From NCBI GenBank assembly GCA_035084275.1, contig CM068756.1, forward strand, positions 9,734,001 through 9,798,000: 64,000 nt of DNA, written 5' to 3'. Each line of letters starts with the position of its first letter. Position 1 is the stretch's first letter. The notes beneath the pieces are model-generated. The model was given only the letters and a program-made list of their open reading frames with translations. It was not told where the DNA came from and searched no databases. Below, one piece after another: positions 49,924 through 62,440 of this stretch. The DNA comes from Hydrolagus colliei. Its lineage: Eukaryota. The translations under genes and the position numbers were made by a program.

Positions 49924-49938
49924 CCAGCAGAGGGCTGC
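49924..49938 (+). promoter_or_regulatory. CTCF-like motif
   Basis: CCAGCAGAGGGCTGC. Confidence 0.4.
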
Positions 49939-51242
49939 AATGAGTTTGTTCTCAGAGGAAGCTATGAAGTGGATTTGTGTTTCAATGGTGTTGCAGCTCT
50001 TGTCAGTTCGTATCAAACAAAACTTGGAAGTTTGGGGAAATATGCCAGGCTCAATATCAGGGGTTATTTTGTAAGAAGTTAATCTATTTTTAAGTGGGAA
50101 TGTTTTACACGGATACTATAAAACCATACTCTTTTAAATAGAAACACGGCAACAACTTTTACGCTAGTATGTACTATCAAAAAGCATTAAGTGCTCATTA
50201 CTTAACTGATCCTATGTGAGCAGTGTAATTGGTTACATGTGCCTGTAAGATTCTGCTTGGGCGAATGTTATTGTACTCCTACCATACATTGTAGTAGGTA
50301 ATTATTTTGAGTATTAACTTACTCGTCTCCAAAATATACAGTCACTACACTTTAAATATATCCTGTGAAGCACTTGGAGATGTCCTCCTGATGATTATCA
50401 ATTACTGTATTAGGAGGATTTTTCATCTAGCATCCGGCCAATTTGCATATGAAGACAAATACTAATTATTGTTGACAAACTTGGCAAAACTAGTCTAGAC
50501 TCCTTTTCCGAGCATTTTCAGGCAGATTCCAAAATCACCGCTAGGCTGCACTAATGATTTTTAAAGGCAGTGCAACTTTTTGTTTGATATCCATATTGAA
50601 GGAGAAGGAACGAGTGGGATGTAACGGACTAACAACTTGCTTTGATAGTAGATTGCGTAATGAACAACAGTAGGTACCTGGGAATGATTAAAAGGCAATA
50701 ATCTAATGGAAATAGAGACAAACCAGGGAGGCAAGCACAAACACTTTACATTGGTTATTTGAGCCTAAATTGAGATTACAGCACTGAAATCACACCAGGA
50801 TATTTTGTTCTATGATTACAGTGTGGGCTTAAAGGATGTGGATTTTGTATCAAATGATTTAATTTGCCACAATAAGTGCACTACAACAATGACATCATCC
50901 TGAAAGCAGGAACGACAGTAACTATTGCGAATCACCCAACAATAATTAGCAGTTGAAAATTACAAAGGAATATATTCAGTGTATATTTTAAACTCACACT
51001 CCCAAACAGGTATCCAGCTTCTGCCTAGTGAGAATATACATGAGATCCTCAAGTCATACTAATGGCATCGCTGGGCTAAATACCAGAGATTAGCTTGTGT
51101 CCTGTCGTCAACACAGCACAAGTCAGCACCTCCTGAACAGGGGGACGCCGAAATTAACGGACTAAGCATTCCTTTCTTTCCTGTTTATATTAATGTTTAG
51201 TCGACAGCAATATTACATCATATAAATCACTGACGAGCAGCC

Positions 51243-51368
51243 TAATAAAAATCCTTGCATTTGATATAACGCCTTCTCACGTCTGAGACATCTCAAAGCA
51301 TTCCAGAATACACTCTAAAGGGAATTGACTACATTTTGTGGGCGAAGACACTAACTATGTGCACCCGA
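51243..51368 (-). mobile_element. SINE 3' fragment
   Basis: aatccttgcatttgatataacgcc...catctcaaagca...aattgactacattttgtgggcgaa. Confidence 0.85.
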
Positions 51369-52714
51369 ATTATTTTGTTTTTAAATTGGAATTTAATATA
51401 AAGAATTCTTAAGATGCGTTTTCTAATCGAGTTTATTTCTTCCCATGATAAACACAGAGTTTGTTCCACTCCTTGCCCTGAACCTTCCAGTTTATTTTTC
51501 CCTGGGCTCTCTAGCTCCAAACAAAATTACAACATTTAAACACTCAGTGCAGAGTATCATGCAAGTCAATAACTTCCATTCAATTTCATGTGAGTCCTCA
51601 ATTAATGGAAATACCATACATTTTATTCCTTTTCCTACTTGCTATTGCAAACATTTAATTATGGTTATTAATTCTTTTCATATGAAATGTAAATGATGCC
51701 AACATATAAATGGAGAACAAGTTTGCTCCAAGGCTTCATCATAAATTATCATACTCATATACTTACTGCTTCATTCAGATTTTGGGATTCTGTAAATAAG
51801 TAACATTCAAAGATAACCAGTCTATTCCCCAATGGTTTAGAAACCTACTCAGCCTATTTTTTTGTGCCCCCAAGTTGTTTCTCAAAATGCTAATTTATCT
51901 ATTAAAGCATTTCCCTGCTAACACCATCAATCTAACGCTTAATCACCGTTCAACCCCTTAGTCTAAATGTTAATGTTGTGAAAGAGCAAAAAAAAACATA
52001 TGCTGTCTTTTAACAGTGCTTCAGGATGCTAGGGTCAAATGCATTTCAAGGAAACTTTAGTTTTGCAAAACATAGCAAGCATTTGTTTACATCTCTCCCT
52101 CCACCCCCATCCCACACACCCCATCCCCCAATTGCCCTGCAGCATTGTTCATGGATTCAAGGTCTATAATGGGAAGCGAAGTCAGGAAAGAATTATGGGT
52201 AAAGTGTTTCAGAAAGCAAACAGAGACTTAGTTCAACAGCCACGCTGGCAAGTCTGTAGTGCTCGCAGTCTCCAGTGTGTATCGGAGCTGGGATATTTTA
52301 CTGTGGAAGTCTAGTTACTCGAGAGACAGCCCCCTCGGTCTGTGCTGGTTGTAAGCTTAGTTTTACACAGACTTTAAAGTGGGAAACCGTTTACCCAGAA
52401 ACACATTCAGAAAAGGCAAAGCAAGTACAGTACTTCCTTAACATGCAATATTGCAATATCCAACAACACACAAACAGAGGCATTTGGAAACGTGGAATAA
52501 TAAATACTACAATTAGACAACAATGGGCAACAAGAACTCAACGATCGTGGAACTATTTCCTAAGGCTGTGTCTAATTAAACCCCAACCAAACGACAATCA
52601 TGTTATCAAATTCCTGTGGTCGCACAATTCCACATCCACTCAATACTTTGAGTTCATCGCTCTCACAGATCTTTGTTCTTTATGAAATCTTCAAAAGAAT
52701 AGGCTGATGACTCA

Positions 52715-53012
52715 AGCCCGTTCTTCAAATGAGACATTAAACGAAGCTCCCATCTGCCTGTTCACGTGGATATTAAAGATTCCCCAATGCTATTGTAAAA
52801 AGAGAAGGAAATGTCTCTCTGTGTCATGGCAAACAGGCCACGATAAAATGATTGCATCATTTCAAGGCTATTTGTTGGACATTGCCATACACAAATTGGC
52901 TGCAATTTCACCTATAAAATACAGAGTCACAACACTTTACAGTAAAAACTCTGTGAGGCTCTTTGAGATGTCTCAACAACATGAGAAGTCACAACATCAG
53001 ATGCAAAGATGA
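52715..53012 (+). mobile_element. DeuSINE (SacSINE1-like)
   Basis: cttcaaatgagacattaaacgaagctcccatctgcctgttcacgtggatattaaagattcc...gtgtcatggcaaa...caaattggctgc, then the tail. Confidence 0.82.
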
Positions 53013-53865
53013 TATGATCTGATGCTCTTCCTCACTTGGTCAATTTCCAATTACAATTAGAAAGTACTGTATAATGATTGCTATGGTACAAACATTAAGT
53101 ATGTATCCGAGGACACACACATCCTACACCACCTCCCCTCAGACACGTTTGGAATTCGGTTAGGTCAAAAGATAACTGGCTTCTCTCAAACCCAGATAGT
53201 TCACAGAATACTCTTTCAGGAGTCAACAAAGCCTAACTTTAGATGCTGCTTCATAAACAGCCTGTATCACACACCAAGTAATTAGACAAAAAAGCAGCAA
53301 GCTCCGAATTCTTTTGAATTGCGCAACGGCTAACAAGTAAGCACGTGGTAATTCATTCCAGAAATCCAGACTCCGCTAACCTCTGCTCAGTGACCAATTT
53401 CCAAACCACTCATTTCCGCAAGAACGAAACTGCGAGTGCAATTGTGCAAATGAGGCTGGAGGCCAACCTGGAGATAGAAGTGGATTTTACCAGACTAGAT
53501 GCAGAGGTTTCTCAATGCCAACACAAATCAACTGTTGGCATTCTATAAGAACACAAGTACTTTCCAGCAATTTCTAAGCAGTCTTTCAAACCGTACTGTA
53601 CTCAGTATAATGCATTTTGAAGTGGGTGAAGAATGAATAACTGAAAATCTGAAAAGTTAAAAGCTAAGTGTTGGCCAACGGTTTTCAGTCTGTGTTTGTG
53701 CCTTTCTTGTCTCTCCGCTGTGATCCACATCAGCCTGCAAAAATATTGCCAAGCAGGAAATCCCCAGGCTTCTTGTATTGTCTAAAAGGGGGTCCTGGCT
53801 GGTAACTTCCCACACTTTAGGCTGCGAAAGCGCGCACTTTATCAATTTCACAATCAAGGTTGCTA

Positions 53866-53970
53866 ACAATAACAATCTTTGCATTTGATTTAAGTGCCTC
53901 ATCGCATCATTGAGAGATCCCAAAAGCGCTTCACAGAATATACTGTCAAATTAATCGACTGCATATATTC
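53866..53970 (-). mobile_element. SINE 3' tail
   Basis: aatctttgcatttgat...aagcgcttcacagaatatactgt. Confidence 0.8.
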
Positions 53971-54374
53971 CAGACATCCAATCCATAAATCCCCTTTATG
54001 CCACTGGAGAAAGACATAGGGAATTTTACATTCAGGCACTCCAGTATACTTTCTATTTTTTAAATCTGTAAAATGATTTCCTATAGTGGTTAACACTTGG
54101 AAACAATTCAATGATAGGAATATTTAGTTGTATATTTTGAATTAATATCACCTAACATCTGTTTTATGTTCTTCAAACTGAACACAGGGTGCTTGTATCC
54201 AATGTTCTTTCTTTGAAAACTATTATTACATAAAATATCCACAAGGTCATACAATTATACAAGCCTAACTCAGAACCAGGCACAACAGCTGCACCACCCT
54301 CAAAGAGAAAGGATGTGCTTATTATTTGAGATACACTTACTCACTGTATTCTGAAGTGAACAGTCTTGCAATGA

Positions 54375-54632
54375 GTGGGTGAGTGACAGAGAGGGTGGTG
54401 GAGGGGGCTGGTCACAGCCACCCTGGGGTCCCAGAGTGGGAGACATTGAACTGGGGCTGAGGGTTGAGTGACAGAGAGGGGCCGGGGGAAGAGAGTGAAG
54501 GGTGGGAGAGGGAGGGGGGGGTCACCACCATCCTGGGAGTCCCACAGGGGCAGACACTGAGCTGGGGGTGAGGGACAGAGAGTGTGGGGGGAGAGGCGTG
54601 TGGGGGGGTGGTGGGGAGAGGGCCCTGGCCTC
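54375..54632 (+). repeat. G-rich minisatellite (two units plus a partial third, ~90-105 bp)
   Basis: gagtgacagagaggg...ggtcac..cca.cctggg..tccca...agaca.tga.ctgggg repeated. Confidence 0.85.
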
Positions 54633-54647
54633 ACTCGCTCACATGCC

Positions 54648-54992
54648 ACAGTCCTGTAGCTCAGTGGTTAGAGCCCTGGCCTCGCAAGTGAAAGAGGACC
54701 TGGGTTTGATTCCCGGGCGGGACAGGTCAGGGCAAAACCTTAGGCAAGTTTCCTTACTCCTCACACACAAACACACTCACAGACACACACACACACACAC
54801 GCCTCTGTTTACCAGCAGTCAATAGGAACTCGCTTGTTAATCAATTGGCAGATCACTTTCCCCCCCCCGGGGGGAATAGTCCCTTCAAAATAAAAATAAT
54901 ATTGTGGTCACTTCAATCCATGACTTTATTATATTATTTTTATCTCTGTGTTTATGGGGATGTCGCTAGGTACAATCAGCTGCTGCATGTGT
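54648..54992 (+). mobile_element. tRNA-Ala-derived SINE, long subfamily, with internal (CA)n expansion; tail missing
   Basis: gtcctgtagctcagtggttagagc...gggtttgattccc...ccttaggcaagtttccttactcc(CA)n gcctctgtttaccagcagtcaataggaac... Confidence 0.9.
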
Positions 54993-55040
54993 CACTGTGT
55001 GTGTGTGTGTGTAGTAAGGAAACTTTGGGTAAGTTTCCTT

Positions 55041-55107
55041 ACAACAACAACAACAAATTACATTTATAGAGCGCCTTTCACGTCGGGAGGACGTCCCAAG
55101 GCGCTGA
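55041..55107 (-). mobile_element. very short young L2 3' end inserted in a SINE fragment
   Basis: (CAA)n plus 48 nt identical to 58167-58214; ttac on both sides. Confidence 0.9.
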
Positions 55108-56924
55108 TTACTCCACATACACAAACACACTGTCTCACACTCTAAAACACAGTCTTTCTCTCTCACACACTTCTAATAATAATCCCTCAATGATAATTAA
55201 TTGGTCATTTCAACCCACTAATATTCAGTCGTTTTAAATCCCAGTTAGAAAAGCTGCTGAACTATACAATGGGTTACAGTATTTCCAAATAAAAAGTTGC
55301 TGTAACTTTACATCATTAAGCTTAACAATGAACTCCAAAAAACTAGAGAAACCCTCCAATGAATTCGTGAAAACATCAAGAAATCAAAGAACATGCACGC
55401 ACAGTAAACTTCTGAAATTAAATTGCCTGCCAAGGTCACATCGTGTGGGAGCCCAACTGCAATATTTGCCTATGTGGAAAATAAACATGATGAGGAGACA
55501 GCGGATTCAGACATCACTCTAGACAACAAAAAGCCACAAGTGAATACGTTTCTGACAAATTAGCGCCGACACTTCAGGCTCAACACATTTCGCCCCTTTG
55601 GTTCCGTCAAATTGGAGGATGATAATTAACCAAATTGAAACACTGTGGGGGCTGGAACAAAGCAAATAAATTGTCACGTTCTATTTAAAGGGACGTCCTC
55701 TTCACTCACAATTTGCAGTAAATCTTGTGAAGCTCTTTGCGATGTCTTGATGGGGTGATAAGGCTCTGTTATTTTTGGACAGTCGGATATATGCAGAATC
55801 TCCATCCCTTCATTGGTGGCCAGGCCTTCAGTTACTAACTTCTAGAACTCCTCTCTACAAATCCATTTCACCGACTCTCATTCTCCCTTAAAAGTCATGC
55901 TTCAAAAGTGGACTGTGAAAATCCAATTATTGTTTGTTCAGTGTTAGGCAGAGTATAGGGACGTGAGACAGACTGAAACAGATATGGATTTTTACTGTAA
56001 ATGTTTCTCTACATCTGAAAATCATATTGAACGCAGTATAAATCCAATTAAAAAATTATTCAAAGATTTACAGAAACTGATTTCAAGGTAAATAACTCTC
56101 CCTTTCTACTCCAAACCTTTGCTTTTCCGCAGATGAAAATATAACAAATGATAAACAGATATTTGTACTTTATCAACTAAATTAATGTTAAAATGGCTAC
56201 TAAATAACTAATAGATTTTCATCTTTACAGAGGATTTCTGTTCAATTTGTTGTTGAGCATTTTGGATCCACCGCAACCCAGGAAAAATGGTCAGAGGTGA
56301 ATTTGAACATAATAATCAATGCATTAGATATTGCTTCAGGTCACGTCTCAAAGCATTCCACGAGATATACTATAAAGTGCAGTACTTTGTAGGCAAGTAT
56401 TAAAGGATAAGACAAGGATGGCTCAAATTCATCCAGTAAAGTTATTAAAGATAGGTCATAAGCAGAACATATGTACTTCAGTACACAATAAATAAGCAAT
56501 AAGCAAGAGAGCAGCCTCAAATATGTAGTCCTGTAAAGTTCTGTCCAGCCTCTTCCTTAGCAAACACCACTGAAACATGCAGAGCAAACATTTGAGAGCA
56601 TGACTGCCCCAAACTGTACTATTTCATGGCCCGAACAAGTCATATAATAAGCTATTGAAGGAAATTCTTGGAGTATAGTAGCGCCTTTCATGACATTTCT
56701 CTGTATGATGGGTGCAAAATCCTTTACATACTGGTAGAAAAAAAATGAAGCTCTTTAAATATTTGCCAAGCACATACATCAATACAAGCAGTTAAACTAT
56801 GCTTAAAAATTCAATGCAATGTCCATTTTTGTTGCAAGAAATTAAATAATGCCTCATTTGGAAAGTAAGTGTATAAATAGCAAAGATTCATTTACTGAAA
56901 GCTATTATTTTTGTGACTGAACTA

Positions 56925-57125
56925 TTCTGTTTAGAGGTTTAGTTAATGACGAGATGCTGGGTTATAACCCATAGAGCAGAGGAAGTTAATGGGTAACTTA
57001 ATGGAGTGTTTGAAATAATCAAAAGAATTGGCGGGTTAGTTAGAGTGTAACTCTTTCCTCTGGTTGAGAGATCCATTCAAGTCTTAGCCTTAGCCTGAAA
57101 ATTACAACTAAGAAAGGTTAGTTGA
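56925..57125 (+). mobile_element. CR1 LINE ORF2 fragment, degenerate
   Basis: EQRKLMGNLME-FEIIKRI...LFPLVERS resembles CR1 ExRRLRGDLIEVFKIxKG...LFPLV. Confidence 0.7.
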
Positions 57126-57839
57126 CAAGTTAGGTGGTAAAGATAGAGCATTGGGATTGAAAGATTGACCATGATCTTAAAAAAAACGGAAAACGGAATG
57201 ACTTGTTCTTGTCTTTCTGTATTCCTATAAAAGACAGGATTTTGAGAAGAAGTACATTGAACTACTTTTGGCAAGAAGATCATGCAATAAATATTGGAAC
57301 TCTATATATTGGAACTCTATATGGGATGGAACTCATTTGTTTATTTATTTTTATGATTGCAAATACTGCGTGCAGATATTAATGCTCTCTGAATTTAAAC
57401 CTTTTCATTTCCAATCAGTTATCCACCAGGTAATGGTCATTTAATGGTTTAAGGCTCTGTTAACTTCAGCCTGAGATGAGGACTTACAACAATAACGATT
57501 TAGTGATGATCAGTACACTAATTCTTACTGCTATATTTATTTGTTGTCAAGAATGTAAATCGTTGGCTTAATTCTGCTTATCCATCTCGACAGTGTTAAC
57601 ACTAGGCACATTCTGTACATCAGAAACCCAATCAGATACACAGAGTCTGACATTCAATTCTACCAATTGCTTGTAACATCTCTGTGGTGCCAGTACTCTC
57701 AATTTCAGAAAAAGGTCAAAGAGTCTGTGACGTACACAGACAACGCAACTCAATAAATCTCAGTCTTATGATGTCCTTCACACTGAATGGACATCTTAAC
57801 AGATAAAACAACACCATATAGCAAAAAAAATTGAAAACA

Positions 57840-58075
57840 TAATAATACTTGTGTTTGATATGGGGCCTTATTACGTCATTGAAATGCTACAAAGCGCTTC
57901 ACATGATACACTTATATAAAGTGATGCGACTATTTTTGAAAACACAACAGCCAATTTGCACACAATAACATCCAACAGCCAGGCATGAGGTGACCCAGCA
58001 ATTCGAGTTGAGAGATTGTTGGCCAGGATATTCAGGCTGTACAAAATAAATGGGACAAGGATTTTAACGTTGATC
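57840..58075 (-). mobile_element. DeuSINE 3' two-thirds, degenerate
   Basis: Reverse tail, cagccaatttgcacaca, ttggccaggata, ggattttaacgt. Confidence 0.7.
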
Positions 58076-58142
58076 TACTGGAGCTCTGGGAATACGTGGA
58101 GAACATGGAGCCATGGGTGTGCGGGGGACAGAATCGAGACTG

Positions 58143-58332
58143 CAACAACAACAACAACAACAATTGACATTTATAGAGCGCCTTTCACGTCGGGAGGACG
58201 TCCCAAGGCGCTGAACAGGAGGCGTGTGACCCGAGCTGGGAGGGGAGTGTTTGGGAAGGGGTGAAACACGAAGGGGAGGTAAAAGAGTTCGGGGTGGAAC
58301 AAAAGGCACGATCGAAGAGGAAAGTCTTCAAA
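58143..58332 (-). mobile_element. young L2 LINE 3' end
   Basis: (CAA)7 tail, CpG-intact stem-loop, purine-rich UTR; minus translation LKTFLFDRAF. Confidence 0.93.
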
Positions 58333-59479
58333 ACTGCAGAGTTTTGAATAAGTAAGGGTGGGTTGTCAGAGTTGATCTCCAATTATTAGTGTCTTGAATC
58401 ATTGCCAATGAGTTTATACAATGGGCTTACTGAAAAGACAATGTTACAGCATTTGCGCAATCTCGAGCAGACTCGATTCATGAAGCAGCTGGATACAGCC
58501 TGTTCCAAAACCTCCTCTGTAATACTACTCAATTTAACTGAAGAGAAAAGTCTGCACTGAGGAAGATATCCTTTTGTAGGAAAGTAAATGCAATGCAATT
58601 TCCTTATTTTATCTATTTCAATGATGAGAATCAGTCGGCACTGCTGGATGCTATTACTACAATGGTATATCGTCTTGTTGATCACAACACTGAAATCGCT
58701 TCTCTGTAGAAACAAAGTATCTTGCAAACCAATTTACTGTTCATGAAACTGCTCCTTTAAGATGAACACAGCTGTAAAATACCCTCTGTTCTGAGTTCGG
58801 TTTTTGAGATCTGTATGGATTCTTAAATGGCAGTATTCATGCTCTGATATTTAATACTTCATGTTCGGAAATTCTCTGGGATTTACACTTCGCTTTAAAA
58901 CCTTTCTGCTGCTGCTTACAACACTTTGAGCACGGATGGTATTTTTCTTTGATAAGCACTCCAGTTTTAATTAAATTCTGCCACAAAGTATAAAGTTCTT
59001 GGTCTCCAGTGTCATTAATTAAACCTCTCAATTCTTGCAAACCAAAACTAATGAGTAATTAAGTCCATAGTGCCTGTCAACAGGCATTTGTATGAAATTA
59101 ACAGTAAGACAAGCAGAACTGTTAGTCTGATGTAGTGTGTTTTTCAGTTATTATCTGCTGCTCTGATTCGTTAAAGAAAATACATCTCAAGAGACCAAAT
59201 CACTAAGTGCTGAAGAAAATCTATGACTGAGACGAAATGCTACAGGCCTTTCAAGGTCCTTCAGAACATATTAGCAAAATGCCATTCATGTCCCTCTCCC
59301 CTCCAGCTTACACTCTCTGGATCACAAAATGTCCCAGGACAGAATTCGTAATAAAAATGAACAGAGATTACATTTTAATATGTTTTATTATTTTAAACAG
59401 AGTGTGTGTTCAAATATGGGGTACAGTTTTGTACTTTGCCTCAAAGAATAATTTATGGATTATATTTTAAAATATTAAA

Positions 59480-59630
59480 GTGAACATTTGGTGCTTTTCT
59501 ATGCTTTCAGGTAATCAAACCATCTCAAAGTGCTTAACAGGATTTCACTGTGTAAAGTAGTGACTGCATATTTGCAGTCAAATGCAGCAGCCAAATTGCA
59601 AGCAATATCCCACAAACAGTCATGAATGAA
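59480..59630 (-). mobile_element. SINE 3' fragment
   Basis: catctcaaagtgcttaacagga...gcagcagccaaattgca...atcccacaaacagtcatg. Confidence 0.8.
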
Positions 59631-60414
59631 GCTGTATAGTACTGGAAAAACAATTAGTAAGAGAATGCTTTCAATTAAGAAATGTTGTTTATTCTATATG
59701 TTATTTCATTCACATTGTGATTGAAACCTTATGTAGGTTTATCCTAAATCAGTACTAAATAACAGCAGACAATAAGTCTTTTTTTTTTCTGCGAGGCTGC
59801 TAGTTTGAAATTGTTCTGTGGCAGTGCAATAAAATTGGCAGCACCAGAACAACAAATCTCTGGCCAAATAAATCTTAACTTGAATTCCTTTGCTGCTCGT
59901 TTATTAATCGTATTGCATCACAAGCGCATTGCAAACCATTTTCTGTTCAATTCAATGCATCAGAAATTACTTCAATTATGATTTGGAACCCAAACAATAA
60001 TATTATGTGAAACATATTAAGAGACATCAAAAATCGTTATAAATGTAACAGTCTTTATGCACGTCGCTCGAGAAGGCTTTAATAATTGAAAGAACATGTT
60101 ATATTGAAGTCCAGGGTCACCAAATAGCTCTCTATATATTGTAATATATTATACGTATATAGATCATATATATATAGGTATCAAATAGTATCTACCTGTA
60201 GTTTGTCTTTAAAAGATCTTACTCTACACAGTGCTACTGGTTTCAATAACAAGACAAAAATGGTCTTTGGTTTGCTAGCTTTGGCTGAAACACAATCTGA
60301 ATGAATTTCACTGGTTAAGCATGAAAATCATTGCTGCTCTACTCCTGCAATGAGTTGTATTTTGCTTCATACCCTGAGATAACTAAACCAGCAATTAGGT
60401 AAAAGATCTCTGTG

Positions 60415-60542
60415 TAATTGACCATCGCGTTTCTCCTACAAATTGTAAAGTCAATTCACTTTGCAGTATATTATGTGAAGCGCTTTGAGACATCTTGAAG
60501 ACGTGATAAGACACTATATCAAATGCAAAGAGTATTATTGTT
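60415..60542 (+). mobile_element. SINE 3' fragment
   Basis: agtcaattcactttgcagtatattatgtgaagcgctttgagacatc...ctatatcaaatgcaaa. Confidence 0.88.
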
Positions 60543-60659
60543 ATATTTACAGATAGGAGAAATAAAGGCAGATAAAGCATCTAATAGACTAGATGATATC
60601 CTACCACAAGGCTGTTGTTGACGGAAATATATAAATACTGATTGCTTCATAAAACCTCT

Positions 60660-60870
60660 TCTCCATCCACTGCAGAAGGCATTGATTCCTGGTGGAATAT
60701 GAATGCAGGCTGTCCTTGGGTTTGTGACCCAACTCTAGATTGAGCGCATCATAGCTGTCCTCACCAGACATCCACACATGCATTTTCCAGGAGAGGTCAT
60801 TTGAATAGCAATCAGGAACAGCATCTACTTGAGTTCATTCCCACCACCACCCAAGTCTAGGAGCACTGAT
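60660..60870 (-). mobile_element. ancient SINE-like family 3, 3' part
   Basis: Minus strand: ctgttcctgattgctattcaaatgacctctcctggaaaatgcatgtgtggatgtctggtgaggacag...ccaggaatcaatgccttc; shares blocks with 5395, 24160 and 36785. Confidence 0.55.
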
Positions 60871-60968
60871 TTTATTTTTGTTTTTTACAAAAATCCATGA
60901 CTTGTGCCTAACTTAGATTGTGCTTTTCAAATTAATTAATTAATTAACATACCAGTTAATAACAGTTT

Positions 60969-61282
60969 GTGGAGTCCTGTAGCTTGGTGGTTAGAGCACC
61001 CACCTTGCAAGCGAGAGACCTGGGTTCAATTCCAGGAAGGGCGAAATCTTGGGCAAGTTTATTTTACTCCATGCACCCAACGATAATTCTTCGAAAGAAA
61101 AACACAATATTAAATTGGTCATTTCAATCCACGCCTCTTTGTGGGAAACTGCTGTGTGCAATTGGCTGCCACGTTTTGCCCACAAACATAGTCAATTCAC
61201 TTTACAATATATTGTGTGAAGCATTTGAGACATCTAGAAGATGTGAATAGCACTATAACAAATGCAAGGATTATGATTATTA
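60969..61282 (+). mobile_element. tRNA-Ala-derived SINE, full length (short subfamily)
   Basis: ggagtcctgtagcttggtggttagagcac...cttgcaagcgagagacctgggttcaattcc...cttgggcaagtt, then core and tail. Confidence 0.93.
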
Positions 61283-62440
61283 ATTCCAAATAGATTTGAG
61301 ATGCAGTGATGCATTCTCGAGCCTGGCTTTACAGTATTAGTTTGCAGAGCAAATGTAAACCATTTCACTCTGCCACAAATACTGTACTTTAACATTCAGA
61401 CTGCCCAAGAAATATTACTAAAGAGCCAGCCACACTACCACCTCTTTAAACATTAAAACCCAAATGGTATTTTCTGTGGGTTGGTAAAGCTCAGATACAT
61501 CATTTTGAGTAGAACTGTATAAATCAAGCATTATACAAACTGATTTGTTTTCGCTTATAAAGCTTCTATTATTTTATAACATTTAGCCAATTTGCAAAAA
61601 AAACATTCACAATTTCAGCAGTAGTCAAATTACAGCTAGGTGGCAACTTTGCATCTCCTTAATCCACATTGTACTTAAATTGTACCAATACCATGATTTA
61701 TTTTATTCCAGAACTTGTTACTCTACTTCCAAAGTAGAAATATTTTTCTGAATGATCACTGAACAGCAAAGATAAACCAATAATTGTTTGAATCCAAATT
61801 ACTTCTATTGCTTCACATCATTGTCCACCTGGACATTTTATACAGATAGTCCATCATTACAATCAAAATCATTTTTCTAGCACACACAGAACTATGAAGT
61901 TTCTATTTGAATCTTGAAATCAACTCAAAAGGGAGAATAACTGCATTCACTGAAGATTATAACGTTACCAAATGCATTCAATTTATAAACAGACATGATG
62001 CAAAGTATGAAAATGAGTGTTTGAGAGGAATAAGGGTGTATTTTTCTCTGATGATATCACGCCACCAAACTAGAGGGTGGTAATTACATATCTTGTCAAG
62101 CCAGTGGAACACCGCAAAAGAGTTCACAAGAGCTCCATCTCAGTAACTAAATACACTGCACAAAAACAACTTAGCAAAGTCCACATTTAGATGCTGCTGT
62201 TGAGCAGGTTAACTCATTCAAACATTCACTCTGGAACTCTACCCAGTATCAAGGGCAAGCTATTGGTGGTTTCCCAGGCTAACAAGATTAATTATTGGAC
62301 GAATAGTTTCGACTCCTGATCTTATCCTCTGAACTCTTGTTTCAAATGCAGGTGTAAATATTGGACGAAGACAGGGCTGAGCTAAGCTATCAGTCCATAC
62401 AGGTTTGAAGAATGGCCCATTCCCCAGATATATATACACA

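Noticed and set aside
51767-51789. 23-nt minus-strand micro-exon (ttatttacag / gtaagt)
   Set aside because: Weak pyrimidine tract, frame-shifting length and no supporting context; within chance expectation.
58386-59040. ORFs of 113 aa and 67 aa as a gene or Penelope-like element
   Set aside because: No RT, GIY-YIG or other motif could be recognised in the frames examined; only a sub-segment is kept as a weak exon candidate.
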